A DNA stretch of 32,000 bases from Acaryochloris marina S15 (lineage in GTDB: Bacteria; Cyanobacteriota; Cyanobacteriia; Thermosynechococcales; Thermosynechococcaceae): positions 5,849,946 through 5,881,945 of the forward strand of contig NZ_CP064923.1 in the NCBI RefSeq assembly GCF_018336915.1. Direction: 5' to 3'. Numbering within the stretch: position 1 is the stretch's first letter; each line of letters opens with the position of its first letter. Shown here piece after piece: positions 24,397-32,000 of the stretch. The notes below the pieces were generated by a model. It was not told the origin of the DNA. It saw only the letters and a list, made by a program, of their open reading frames with translations, and ran no database searches. Both the position numbers and the translations under genes were made by a program.

Positions 24397-25056
24397 ATGG
24401 CGCGTCTTGATCCAAAGTCGAACTCTACTCAAAAGGGGAAGCAGAAACGGGATGCTGCAGCCACAAAAGCTCGGATCTTAGAAGCAGCAACGGAAGAGTT
24501 TGCTAAGTATGGATTAGCGGGGGCGCGCACGGCTGCGATCGCAACCCAAAGCCAAGTCACAAAAGCCATGCTGTGCTACTACTTCACCAATAAGGAAACC
24601 CTCTATCGGTCAGTATTGCAGCGGCTAGTCAGTGACATTAATGCAGCCTTTCAACCCACAGATTGGGATATGCAAACCCCAGCACAAGCATTGGCGTCAA
24701 TGATCCGGGCCTACATTGCCTTTGAGTCTCAAAACCGATGGCACGGCATGTTGTGGTTTCAGGAAGCGATTCAGAATCAGGGCCGATATGGAGAGGAGAC
24801 TGGGTGGCAGGCAGGCTTTCAATCGATGGTGAGTGTCTTAGACAAAGGGATGGCAATAGGCCAGTTCCGACAGCTCGATCCGTTTTTGACGGCGATCAAT
24901 ATTTTGGGGGTCTGTTCGTTTTATTTTGACGCCCACGAGAACTTGAAATATCTGGACTCCCAACAACAGCTGTTAAGTCCCGAAATGGTGGAGCGGCAGA
25001 CGGAAGAAGTGGTGCGTTTGGTTCTAGCTGGAGTTTCCGCAGGCCCCGAGGTATAA
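24397..25056 (+). CDS. TetR/AcrR family transcriptional regulator
   Basis: N-terminal helix-turn-helix: ILEAATEEFAKYGLAGARTAAIATQSQVTKAMLCYYFTNKETLY. About 220 aa. GAAGGA SD. Confidence 0.9.
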   Translation: MARLDPKSNSTQKGKQKRDAAATKARILEAATEEFAKYGLAGARTAAIATQSQVTKAMLCYYFTNKETLYRSVLQRLVSDINAAFQPTDWDMQTPAQALASMIRAYIAFESQNRWHGMLWFQEAIQNQGRYGEETGWQAGFQSMVSVLDKGMAIGQFRQLDPFLTAINILGVCSFYFDAHENLKYLDSQQQLLSPEMVERQTEEVVRLVLAGVSAGPEV

Positions 25057-25092
25057 AGCCTTAGGGGCATGTAGGTGACGATGATGCAGGGA

Positions 25093-25683
25093 TTACGGGG
25101 ATAGTTTTGCAGTTACGGTGGCAAGCTTAGTTGCGATCGCACCTACGGCATCAACCTGTTTCTCATCGACTAAATTGCCCTGATCATCAAAGGCTTGATA
25201 AGCACGCGGAATCGCCTTTTGTTCAGGAATCACTAGCACTCCAATCCCTTCTAAAATGGCACGCACATGGACTAGCCCCCGCATACCTCCTAAGGCTCCC
25301 GGTGAGGTTGCCAGAAGCGCGGCGACTTTACCCTTAAAGCAATTGAGGCCCATGGGTGTTTCCTCCGGCTCAGGGCGGGTGGCCCAATCGATGGCATTTT
25401 TGAGCAGGGGCGTGATGGAACCGTTGTATTCAGGACAGGAGATTAGAAAACCCTGGTGACTTTTGAGGAGTGCCTTAAACTGCAGCACTGACTCTGGAAG
25501 ACCGTCTTTGGCTTCCAAATCCTCATTAAATAAGGGCATGGGATAATCCAGCAGATCGATCAGGGTGACCTCAGCGCCAGCACCCGTCGCCCCCGCAGCA
25601 GCAATCTTGACCAGTTTTTTATTGAAAGATTCAAGACGGGCACTACCGGCAAAAGCCAGAATTTTAATGGGGGATGACATCAT
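25093..25683 (-). CDS. NAD(P)H-dependent FMN reductase (flavodoxin-like fold)
   Basis: IKILAFAGSARLESFNKKL (FMN phosphate-binding loop) and the CPEYNGSITPLLKNAIDW motif typical of the FMN_red family. Confidence 0.85.
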   Translation of the reverse strand: MMSSPIKILAFAGSARLESFNKKLVKIAAAGATGAGAEVTLIDLLDYPMPLFNEDLEAKDGLPESVLQFKALLKSHQGFLISCPEYNGSITPLLKNAIDWATRPEPEETPMGLNCFKGKVAALLATSPGALGGMRGLVHVRAILEGIGVLVIPEQKAIPRAYQAFDDQGNLVDEKQVDAVGAIATKLATVTAKLSP

Positions 25684-25791
25684 TTCTCTTCCACAAACTA
25701 GAAAGTTTCAAGAGTGCCACTCCTTAATGTGAATTTGATTCAGAAGTAGCGAGGCGCTCGTAATGTAACAGACCTCAAATCTACCTGTCTT

Positions 25792-26514
25792 CTAATTCCT
25801 TGGCAAAATTGTTGAAATCTTGCGATTGAGAACCCACAACTGGTCGACTTCAATAAAGCCTAGCTTGCGAGCTAAGTTCTGCGATGCGGTATTACTTTGG
25901 ACCGCCCCCCAAACTGCTGTCTGGGAACGTTGAGCCATGATTTGCATCATGCTTAAGACTGCTGCTGATGCAAACCCCCGGCGACGATGAGTTACGACTG
26001 TATCAATGGATATATCCCAGAGTGTCTCAGTTTCTGAGGCAACATAGGCAAAAGAAACTGGGAGGTCACCGTCGAGAGCTGCCAAAATTTCCTGACCCTC
26101 TGCTTCTACATCAGCTAGCTCATCTCTTAATTCAGACTGTAGGTGCGATAAGGCAACCACTTCTCCTCTGGTTAATACACGACAAGGGTGACCAGGCTCG
26201 GGTATAGATCCAGTTGGTGCTTTGAAAAGCGTTACTAATTCTGCGTCAAAATGTTGTAGATGTTTTCTCGCATAATGAATATGCTCTGGAAATGCTAGCA
26301 GTTCCTCACACGCTTTGGCAGCTGCATGTATCGCTGTGGGGGCAGGTTCACCGACGATAGCACCCAAGTCATCTTCTCCACTCCAGACGACGAAGTTCCT
26401 GCAATCGTCGCCAATACATGAAGAATCGGACCAGGCCAAAAGGTCCCGAGTTTCGACCCATCGTGGTTTATCCGGTAGTGCGTTTCGGTATCTGAGCTTC
26501 AGCTCGTTGTGCAT
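25792..26514 (-). CDS. GNAT-like acetyltransferase (C-terminal GNAT fold, uncharacterised N-terminal half)
   Basis: The C-terminus, THRRRGFASAAVLSMM...NTASQNLARKLGFIEV, resembles GNAT motifs A and B. The track start at 26580 is TTG; the first ATG is at 26514 (MHNELKLRY). Confidence 0.55.
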   Translation of the reverse strand: MHNELKLRYRNALPDKPRWVETRDLLAWSDSSCIGDDCRNFVVWSGEDDLGAIVGEPAPTAIHAAAKACEELLAFPEHIHYARKHLQHFDAELVTLFKAPTGSIPEPGHPCRVLTRGEVVALSHLQSELRDELADVEAEGQEILAALDGDLPVSFAYVASETETLWDISIDTVVTHRRRGFASAAVLSMMQIMAQRSQTAVWGAVQSNTASQNLARKLGFIEVDQLWVLNRKISTILPRN

Positions 26515-26718
26515 GATCAAGGTGTTGGATGGAGAGGTGTTAGGTTGCGATGGCCACAGGCCGGTTGGAAACCATCGCAACTATGCTCCAGTTTAATCTT
26601 GACGAGCTATGGATCATCCTCCAGCTCCAGCGTCTAAGCAAGAGCAGGTTCCATTTGGATTCCACAACATTCAGTCCCTTCCCGTGCAGGGCGGGTGGCG
26701 TACAGCATATCGGATGAT

Positions 26719-27531
26719 TTATTCGACCCTAATCCTCAAGACTCGACGGGCCTTATCTCTTATCTCTTGGTGGCGATCTTTATGTACCGCAAAATAGTTG
26801 GTTGTGCGGCGTGGGTAGAGATGACTCTCAAGGAAGCCTGCTTCAGTCAGTCCATTGTCGTTGTGGGCTAGACGGTTGGGCACAAGGATAGCGTAGTGGC
26901 GCTGATCGAAATAGTCAAAAAGGTCTTTCTTGGCATCACTGGCATCCGATGGGGCACTTTCAAACATGACCGTCGGCCTGCTTCTCGATAGAATGTCCAC
27001 GGCTCCACGAAGCGCCCCCAGCTCGGCCCCTTCGATGTCGATCTTGATCACGTCAACTTCAGTATCCCTGGAGATTAGATTATCTACTCGCTGGATCGGC
27101 ACCTGGATTTCTCGGATCTGGGACAGGTTGTTAGGGCGGTTGATAGAGCTATAGCCTGTTTGCTTCAGGTCGATGAAAAATGCAATTTCGCCTTCTTCTT
27201 CTCCCACTGCACAGACATGTATCGTGATGTGTGGGAACTTGCGTCGAAGCTTTTCTGCTTTCTCTGGGATGGCTTCTACGGCAATGATATTTACCGTTGA
27301 ATCGTATCTGTGGACGGCTGAGGTGACGCTGCCAATATGGGCACCAATATCGAGAAATGTTTTGTTGGGGTCGCAGATTGAGCAAATCAAGCGTCCGGCC
27401 AGCTGATCATTGGCAATGGTGCCTACCGCTTCTGACTGGGAAATCGCTGCTTGTAATAAATCGATTTTCTCCCTGGAGAACATTGCCAGGTCGCCGAACC
27501 AGTTGCCAAGAAGTACCTGCTTAATATTCAT
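26719..27531 (-). CDS. FkbM family methyltransferase
   Basis: FLDIGAHIGS (SAM-binding loop) and VDVIKIDIEGAELGALRGA, the characteristic FkbM-family block. Confidence 0.85.
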   Translation of the reverse strand: MNIKQVLLGNWFGDLAMFSREKIDLLQAAISQSEAVGTIANDQLAGRLICSICDPNKTFLDIGAHIGSVTSAVHRYDSTVNIIAVEAIPEKAEKLRRKFPHITIHVCAVGEEEGEIAFFIDLKQTGYSSINRPNNLSQIREIQVPIQRVDNLISRDTEVDVIKIDIEGAELGALRGAVDILSRSRPTVMFESAPSDASDAKKDLFDYFDQRHYAILVPNRLAHNDNGLTEAGFLESHLYPRRTTNYFAVHKDRHQEIRDKARRVLRIRVE

Positions 27532-27705
27532 AGGGGCTGTCCCGTTATGCTCGGTTGCTACCTGGGGATAATTATACGGATGGTGGCTGATACTTCGGGC
27601 GAGAAAGCTTAGTTTGCCATATATGACGAGGTTGATTGGAGGGATTCTGAACGTCGGTCCCGTGCCCTTGCGCTATGGTGCCTAGAATGCCTTTTGCATG
27701 ATGCA

Positions 27706-28227
27706 TCATTGGAGTTTGGTGCTGATGAGATGTTTTAGGATGAGATCGCAACTCTGTTCCAGTTCCAGCATGGCAACATAGGGATCGCCCTCCAACCCAA
27801 GCACTTGGGCAAAAGCAGGTTCCGTTTTGATGCCCTTTTGTTTGAGCTGCTGTACTGCAATTCTAAGTCTTGGCTCCAGTTCAAGCAGGCGTTGCTCTAT
27901 TCTGAAATGGCGGACGCCCCACTGCTGTTCAGTCGGGATGGTTTGACAGAATAATTCGAGTTCCCATCCCATGGAATGGAATTGGACAATCACTGCAGGT
28001 AAATTTTGAGCGATAGAGTCGTAGCATCGATAGTCCTTCAGTTTGCCAAAATTCTGGTGAGAACAGCAGCGGAAGTGAGATAGATCCTTGGCCGAGCAAG
28101 CGATATCAATATCACTAGTAGAAATGTCGATACCTAAAGGCGGTGTTCCAATAATGCAAGGATTAAAGTCATGCAGAATGTTCAGTAAACCGAGACTCTC
28201 TATGACAAATTCAAAATCTGGATTCAT
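27706..28227 (-). CDS. Minimal nucleotidyltransferase-fold protein (DUF4269-like)
   Basis: Pol-beta NTase signature G[ST]-x10-DxD (IGTPPLGIDISTSDIDIAC). At 173 aa, the overall pattern recalls DUF4269 (from memory, unverified). Confidence 0.6.
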   Translation of the reverse strand: MNPDFEFVIESLGLLNILHDFNPCIIGTPPLGIDISTSDIDIACSAKDLSHFRCCSHQNFGKLKDYRCYDSIAQNLPAVIVQFHSMGWELELFCQTIPTEQQWGVRHFRIEQRLLELEPRLRIAVQQLKQKGIKTEPAFAQVLGLEGDPYVAMLELEQSCDLILKHLISTKLQ

Positions 28228-28343
28228 TATTGAGTCGCCTCATTGCGCGAATCATCGGAGTACTCTCAGTGCCCTAAATAGGGTTGTGGTTCATTACTGA
28301 CTAAGAGAAGCAACAGATGTCTTGAGTATGGATTTTTGTTCGA

Positions 28344-28796
28344 TTAGACCTTCCAATATTCACCTAGTGCCCTACGAATCACTGGGTATTCAAATTCATA
28401 TTCTTCTTGCTCAAGACACCATTCCAGATACATAACAATGGCTCGCCTTTGCACAGTATTGAGTGCCGTTAACTTAGATTTTGCGTACTCATCTAGCTGC
28501 GTTAAATGAAACAGTGGATCATCTACATTATTTTCAAGACTGGCCACGATATAGGCTGGCAAATGAAATTTCATCCCCTCCGCATCAAAGAATGAAAGGC
28601 TGCTGTGACATCTCTGCAAATCCTCGCAGTTCAGTCGATTCCACGCTTCCTTTTCGTCCTTATCGCGATTTCTCTTCTGCTCTTCCTCTGTCGCGTAATC
28701 ATCGATGGCTTGGGCTTCCCAGAGGCCAATACCAGCACCAAGCATCACTTCAGCAAATGCAAGCTTTATATTGTTCACGACGATTTCTTTATCCAT
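28344..28796 (-). CDS. Hypothetical protein (150 aa; possibly DUF6714-type)
   Basis: Clean ATG ORF with an acidic Glu/Lys-rich central segment and no catalytic motif I recognise. The DUF assignment is from memory only. Confidence 0.55.
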   Translation of the reverse strand: MDKEIVVNNIKLAFAEVMLGAGIGLWEAQAIDDYATEEEQKRNRDKDEKEAWNRLNCEDLQRCHSSLSFFDAEGMKFHLPAYIVASLENNVDDPLFHLTQLDEYAKSKLTALNTVQRRAIVMYLEWCLEQEEYEFEYPVIRRALGEYWKV

Positions 28797-28828
28797 GAAA
28801 CTTTGGGGGCCATGAAATTGCGTGAAAG

Positions 28829-29128
28829 CTATACTTTGTACCAGCGTAAGGGCTTCGTCTGTTCGCGAACGACACTGCCTTTCGCTTCCAGATCCAACTG
28901 CACCGTTTTAGCCCACCATCCTGACGTTTGACCCTGGGGAAACAGATCATCAGGGAGATGCGGTTTCACCTGCTGCTGAATTTCTTTTTGGGTCAGCCCC
29001 GGTGACTGATTGGGGAGGATTTTTAGAAATGCCCCTTTCATCGCCCCATACTTGGCGGCATTGACCCGAGTCACTTGTCCTGGAACATTGATATTTTCGA
29101 CTTCTATTTTCTCGTCTTGGTTAGCCAT
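28829..29128 (-). CDS. Hypothetical protein (99 aa; possibly DUF6958-type)
   Basis: The track start at 29164 is TTG; the ATG at 29128 gives MANQDEKIEVENINVPGQ... The C-terminal WWAKTVQLDLEAKG block recalls a conserved small-protein family (unverified). It lies 32 nt upstream of the next gene. Confidence 0.55.
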   Translation of the reverse strand: MANQDEKIEVENINVPGQVTRVNAAKYGAMKGAFLKILPNQSPGLTQKEIQQQVKPHLPDDLFPQGQTSGWWAKTVQLDLEAKGSVVREQTKPLRWYKV

Positions 29129-29428
29129 GTAGTTAACCCTAAGCAAACCCTCTTTGCCCAACAATTTGCCACCACTATAGGTGAAGTCTACGACTGTTAT
29201 GACTCATAGCTGAGTTACCACAAATCTATCAAACTTTAGCAAGTCAAATCGCAAGGGAAAAATAAAGGTCAGGAATCACCTAACACTTAACGATTGTGGC
29301 TGACAGAATAAGAACGATAGAAATAGTTGAGGCTTTTCCTATGACAATAGTTTGTCAGATTGATGAATGGCCACTGTCATTGGAGTAAGCTGGTTTATAG
29401 GATTGGTTAACGTCAGAAATGCTCAGTA

Positions 29429-30598
29429 ATGAGAACCTTTTCGCATTTAGATATTGAAGAACAGACGACGGGGACGTTGAGCTATGACCGGGATAATGGT
29501 TGGTCGAAACCTTTCCCAAGCTTAGATTCTGAAAATACGCTGGTTGTTGTGTTCGCTGCCCATGAATACTGTGATGCACCAGAACCATTATTAGAAATCT
29601 GCAATTATTTTCCAGAATCGAAGATTATCGGCTGTAGTTCGCCAGTTGTGATCTGTGATGGCTTGTTGCTCGAAGGTGCGATCGCAGTCGGTATCATCCG
29701 TTTTGAGAACACCCAAATCCGACTTTTTTCTGCATCAGTCAATGCTTTTGAGGAGTCTCATGCAGCGGGCCAACAGCTTGGCGAACAATTGACGAATCCT
29801 GACCTGAAAGGCGTTCTGATGTTTGCCGATGGCGTTACTACAGAAGCAACAGAGTTAGTGCGAGGTTTGCAGGAACGATTGCCGCCAGATGTGACTATTG
29901 CTGGCGGTTTGGCCAGCGGTCATACCCTTGACGATACCTGGATGCTTTGTGACGGAGAACTCAAACGCTTTCATGCCTGTGCCGTAGGCTTTATTGGCAA
30001 CAGGGTGGAACTGACGCGAGCAACCGGAGGGGGGTGGCGCTTGATCGGCACAGAATGTCAGGCGACGCGGACCGCAGGTCGGACCTTATTCGAACTAGAT
30101 GGTGAGCCCGCCCATGATGTTTACCAGCGACAGGTGGGCAGGGAAATGGGGTTCGGGTTGCACGAGTCGTCTACTCGCTACCCTTTAACCCTTCGCCTAC
30201 CGAACCTGGAAATGCAGATTGTTCGCGACGTCAACACCGTGGATGAAGTCTCTGGTGCGATTGAATTGGCAGGTGATATTCCAGAGGGTGTGACCGTGCA
30301 GGTGATGACCACGACGGCAGACGAAATTCTGGATGGTGTCGACGAAGCGATCGAGCGCATGCGGAGCAAAACAATCCTGCCCCAAAACAACGCCCTCGCC
30401 ATTTGTGTGAGCTGTGCGGGCCGACGCACGGTACTGCTGGATAAAACAAGGGAAGAAGCGGCCCTTGCCTACGATGGCTTGGGGCATGGGATTCATCAAA
30501 TCGGCATGTATGCCTTCGGAGAAATCTCAACGACATCATCGGGGCCGCCCCAGGTTCACAATGAGACCCTGACCATGGGGCTAATACGAGAGTACTAG
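29429..30598 (+). CDS. FIST (FIST_N + FIST_C) sensory domain protein
   Basis: 389 aa. IIGCSSPVVI (FIST_N) and a C-terminal ...MYAFGEIS....HNETLTMGLI (FIST_C-like ending). The stop lies 9 nt before the GGDEF-EAL gene. Confidence 0.8.
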   Translation: MRTFSHLDIEEQTTGTLSYDRDNGWSKPFPSLDSENTLVVVFAAHEYCDAPEPLLEICNYFPESKIIGCSSPVVICDGLLLEGAIAVGIIRFENTQIRLFSASVNAFEESHAAGQQLGEQLTNPDLKGVLMFADGVTTEATELVRGLQERLPPDVTIAGGLASGHTLDDTWMLCDGELKRFHACAVGFIGNRVELTRATGGGWRLIGTECQATRTAGRTLFELDGEPAHDVYQRQVGREMGFGLHESSTRYPLTLRLPNLEMQIVRDVNTVDEVSGAIELAGDIPEGVTVQVMTTTADEILDGVDEAIERMRSKTILPQNNALAICVSCAGRRTVLLDKTREEAALAYDGLGHGIHQIGMYAFGEISTTSSGPPQVHNETLTMGLIREY

Positions 30599-30607
30599 GG
30601 ACTGACC

Positions 30608-32000
30608 ATGCCAACCCAACCCTTATCTGATAAAAGCTCTAACCTACTCAACCGTATGCTTCAGCGACTAATGCGTCGTCAAGGTGTAGCGGTTGATAAA
30701 ATTCCTGATTTTGCCGGCTGGACCAATTTTGTCTTAGCGGTCGATCAAACCATCAAAGAGTTCAGTGCCAATCGCGAACTTTTAGAACAGTCGGTGCAGT
30801 CAACGTCACTCAAGCTCAAGCAAGCCTACGAAGATCTAAAAACCGAATCCAGTTTACGGCTGGCCCAAGCAGACTTACACCAGCGAGAACTAGAACATTT
30901 GGTGCAGGAAAGAACTGCTGAGCTACAAACGGCCCAGCTCCATCTAGAACAAATCAATCAGCGACTGGAGTATGATGCCACCCACGACGACTTAACGGGG
31001 TTGGCCAATCGCAACCAACTCATGCGGGAATTGAATCGGTATATGGCTAAGCTTGCTACGGATGCAGACCTGGGGCTGTGCTTTTTCTTTATCGACTTCG
31101 ACCGTTTCAAGCAAATTAATGACCGGTTCGGCCACCTGATGGGTGACAAGGTGTTGATTCAGGTGGCCAATCGTTTATCAACATTGGTGGGCGATACAGC
31201 CTGCTTTGCTCGTTTGGGGGGTGACGAATTTGTGTTGCTGATGGGGCAACTTCAGGAAACTGAAGCGATTAAACTCGCCCAGAAAATGACCGCTGCGTTT
31301 GCTCAACCCATTCGAATTCGCGATACCGAGATTCCTCTGTCTGCGAGTGTGGGTATCGTCTTAGCGGATGCATCTTACCAGTCTGCGGACGACGTCGTTC
31401 GTGATGCTGATATTGCCATGTATCGCGCGAAGGCAACCGGTAATTGCTATCAACTCTTTGACGAAGAGATGCGAATAGAGTACTTGGAACGACTTGAGCT
31501 AGAACGAGAATTAGAAATCGCTGTGCGTGAGCAACAGTTCTGCGTCAATTTTGAGCCGATCGTGGACACCACCAAGTCCGGCATTTTCTCGATGGAGTCT
31601 TTGGTGCGATGGATTCATCCTGAAAAAGGCATGATTGCGCCCGGTCGCTTTATTCCCCTTGCAGAAGAGTTGGGGCTGGTCATAGACATTGACCGAATTG
31701 TGTTTGAGCAAACCTGTCAGCAGTTTCACCAGTGGCGAGAGAATGGCATTGCCAGCCCCCAGCAGAAGTTTAATGTGAATCTTGCCTGTGGTCAGCTAGA
31801 ACGATCCGATCTCCTCCCCTTTCTCCTGAGCACCCTTGATATATTCGATCTCAGTCCCCATGACATTGTGTTGGAAATTACTGAGAGTTACTTGCTCGCA
31901 GACTCGGGGCTGGTGATGAAGAATCTGAATGATATGAACAAGCTGGGATTCCGCATTTTTGTTGATGATTTTGGGACAGGCTATTCGTCCCTGAGCTATC
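30608..32000 (+). CDS. Coiled-coil GGDEF-EAL protein (diguanylate cyclase/phosphodiesterase), partial; runs off the right edge; absent from the ORF track
   Basis: Hand translation from the ATG at 30608 stays open to the window end: MPTQPLSDKS... A coiled-coil segment (ELEHLVQERTAELQTAQLHLEQINQRLEYDATHDDLTGLANR) is followed by GGDEF (FARLGGDEFVLL) and then EAL-domain blocks (MESLVRWIHP, VLEITES, DDFGTGYSSLSY). Confidence 0.9.
   Translation, partial: MPTQPLSDKSSNLLNRMLQRLMRRQGVAVDKIPDFAGWTNFVLAVDQTIKEFSANRELLEQSVQSTSLKLKQAYEDLKTESSLRLAQADLHQRELEHLVQERTAELQTAQLHLEQINQRLEYDATHDDLTGLANRNQLMRELNRYMAKLATDADLGLCFFFIDFDRFKQINDRFGHLMGDKVLIQVANRLSTLVGDTACFARLGGDEFVLLMGQLQETEAIKLAQKMTAAFAQPIRIRDTEIPLSASVGIVLADASYQSADDVVRDADIAMYRAKATGNCYQLFDEEMRIEYLERLELERELEIAVREQQFCVNFEPIVDTTKSGIFSMESLVRWIHPEKGMIAPGRFIPLAEELGLVIDIDRIVFEQTCQQFHQWRENGIASPQQKFNVNLACGQLERSDLLPFLLSTLDIFDLSPHDIVLEITESYLLADSGLVMKNLNDMNKLGFRIFVDDFGTGYSSLSY

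Overview
The window looks like a cyanobacterial chromosome segment. Support: at least 10 copies of the HIP1 octamer GCGATCGC, one-helix HLIP genes, pgr5, and a group-2 sigma factor. I found no rRNA, tRNA, CRISPR array, transposase or integrase.

Layout:
(1) 1-3.8 kb: a class-B flavin monooxygenase (partial, missing from the ORF track), an SDR, a GNAT and a membrane-anchored hypothetical protein.
(2) 3.9-10 kb is the most interesting part, a compact high-light/photoprotection island. It holds three HLIP genes (one of 47 aa is missing from the ORF track), a decayed fourth hli copy, an RpaB/Ycf27-type OmpR response regulator, a group-2 sigma factor, pgr5 and ftsH. The hli and pgr5 genes sit behind tandem HLR1-type direct repeats, which are RpaB-binding sites. 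These repeats overlap TTGACA-N17/18-TA(C/A)CAT core promoters. The 18-mer GTTACATTTATTTACATA occurs three times without a mismatch.
(3) 10.1-21.6 kb: a DsbA-like protein, then a tightly coupled 7-gene minus-strand operon (four GT2, a fused ABC exporter, a methyltransferase, a GT4). A divergently transcribed paralogous GT2 lies across a very AT-rich spacer.
(4) 21.9-32 kb: gdhA, DUF3179, TetR with a candidate operator, an FMN reductase, five small co-directional accessory genes, and a FIST plus GGDEF-EAL operon that runs off the right edge and is missing from the ORF track.

All functional calls rest on motifs read by eye and on remembered family sequences. No database search was possible.
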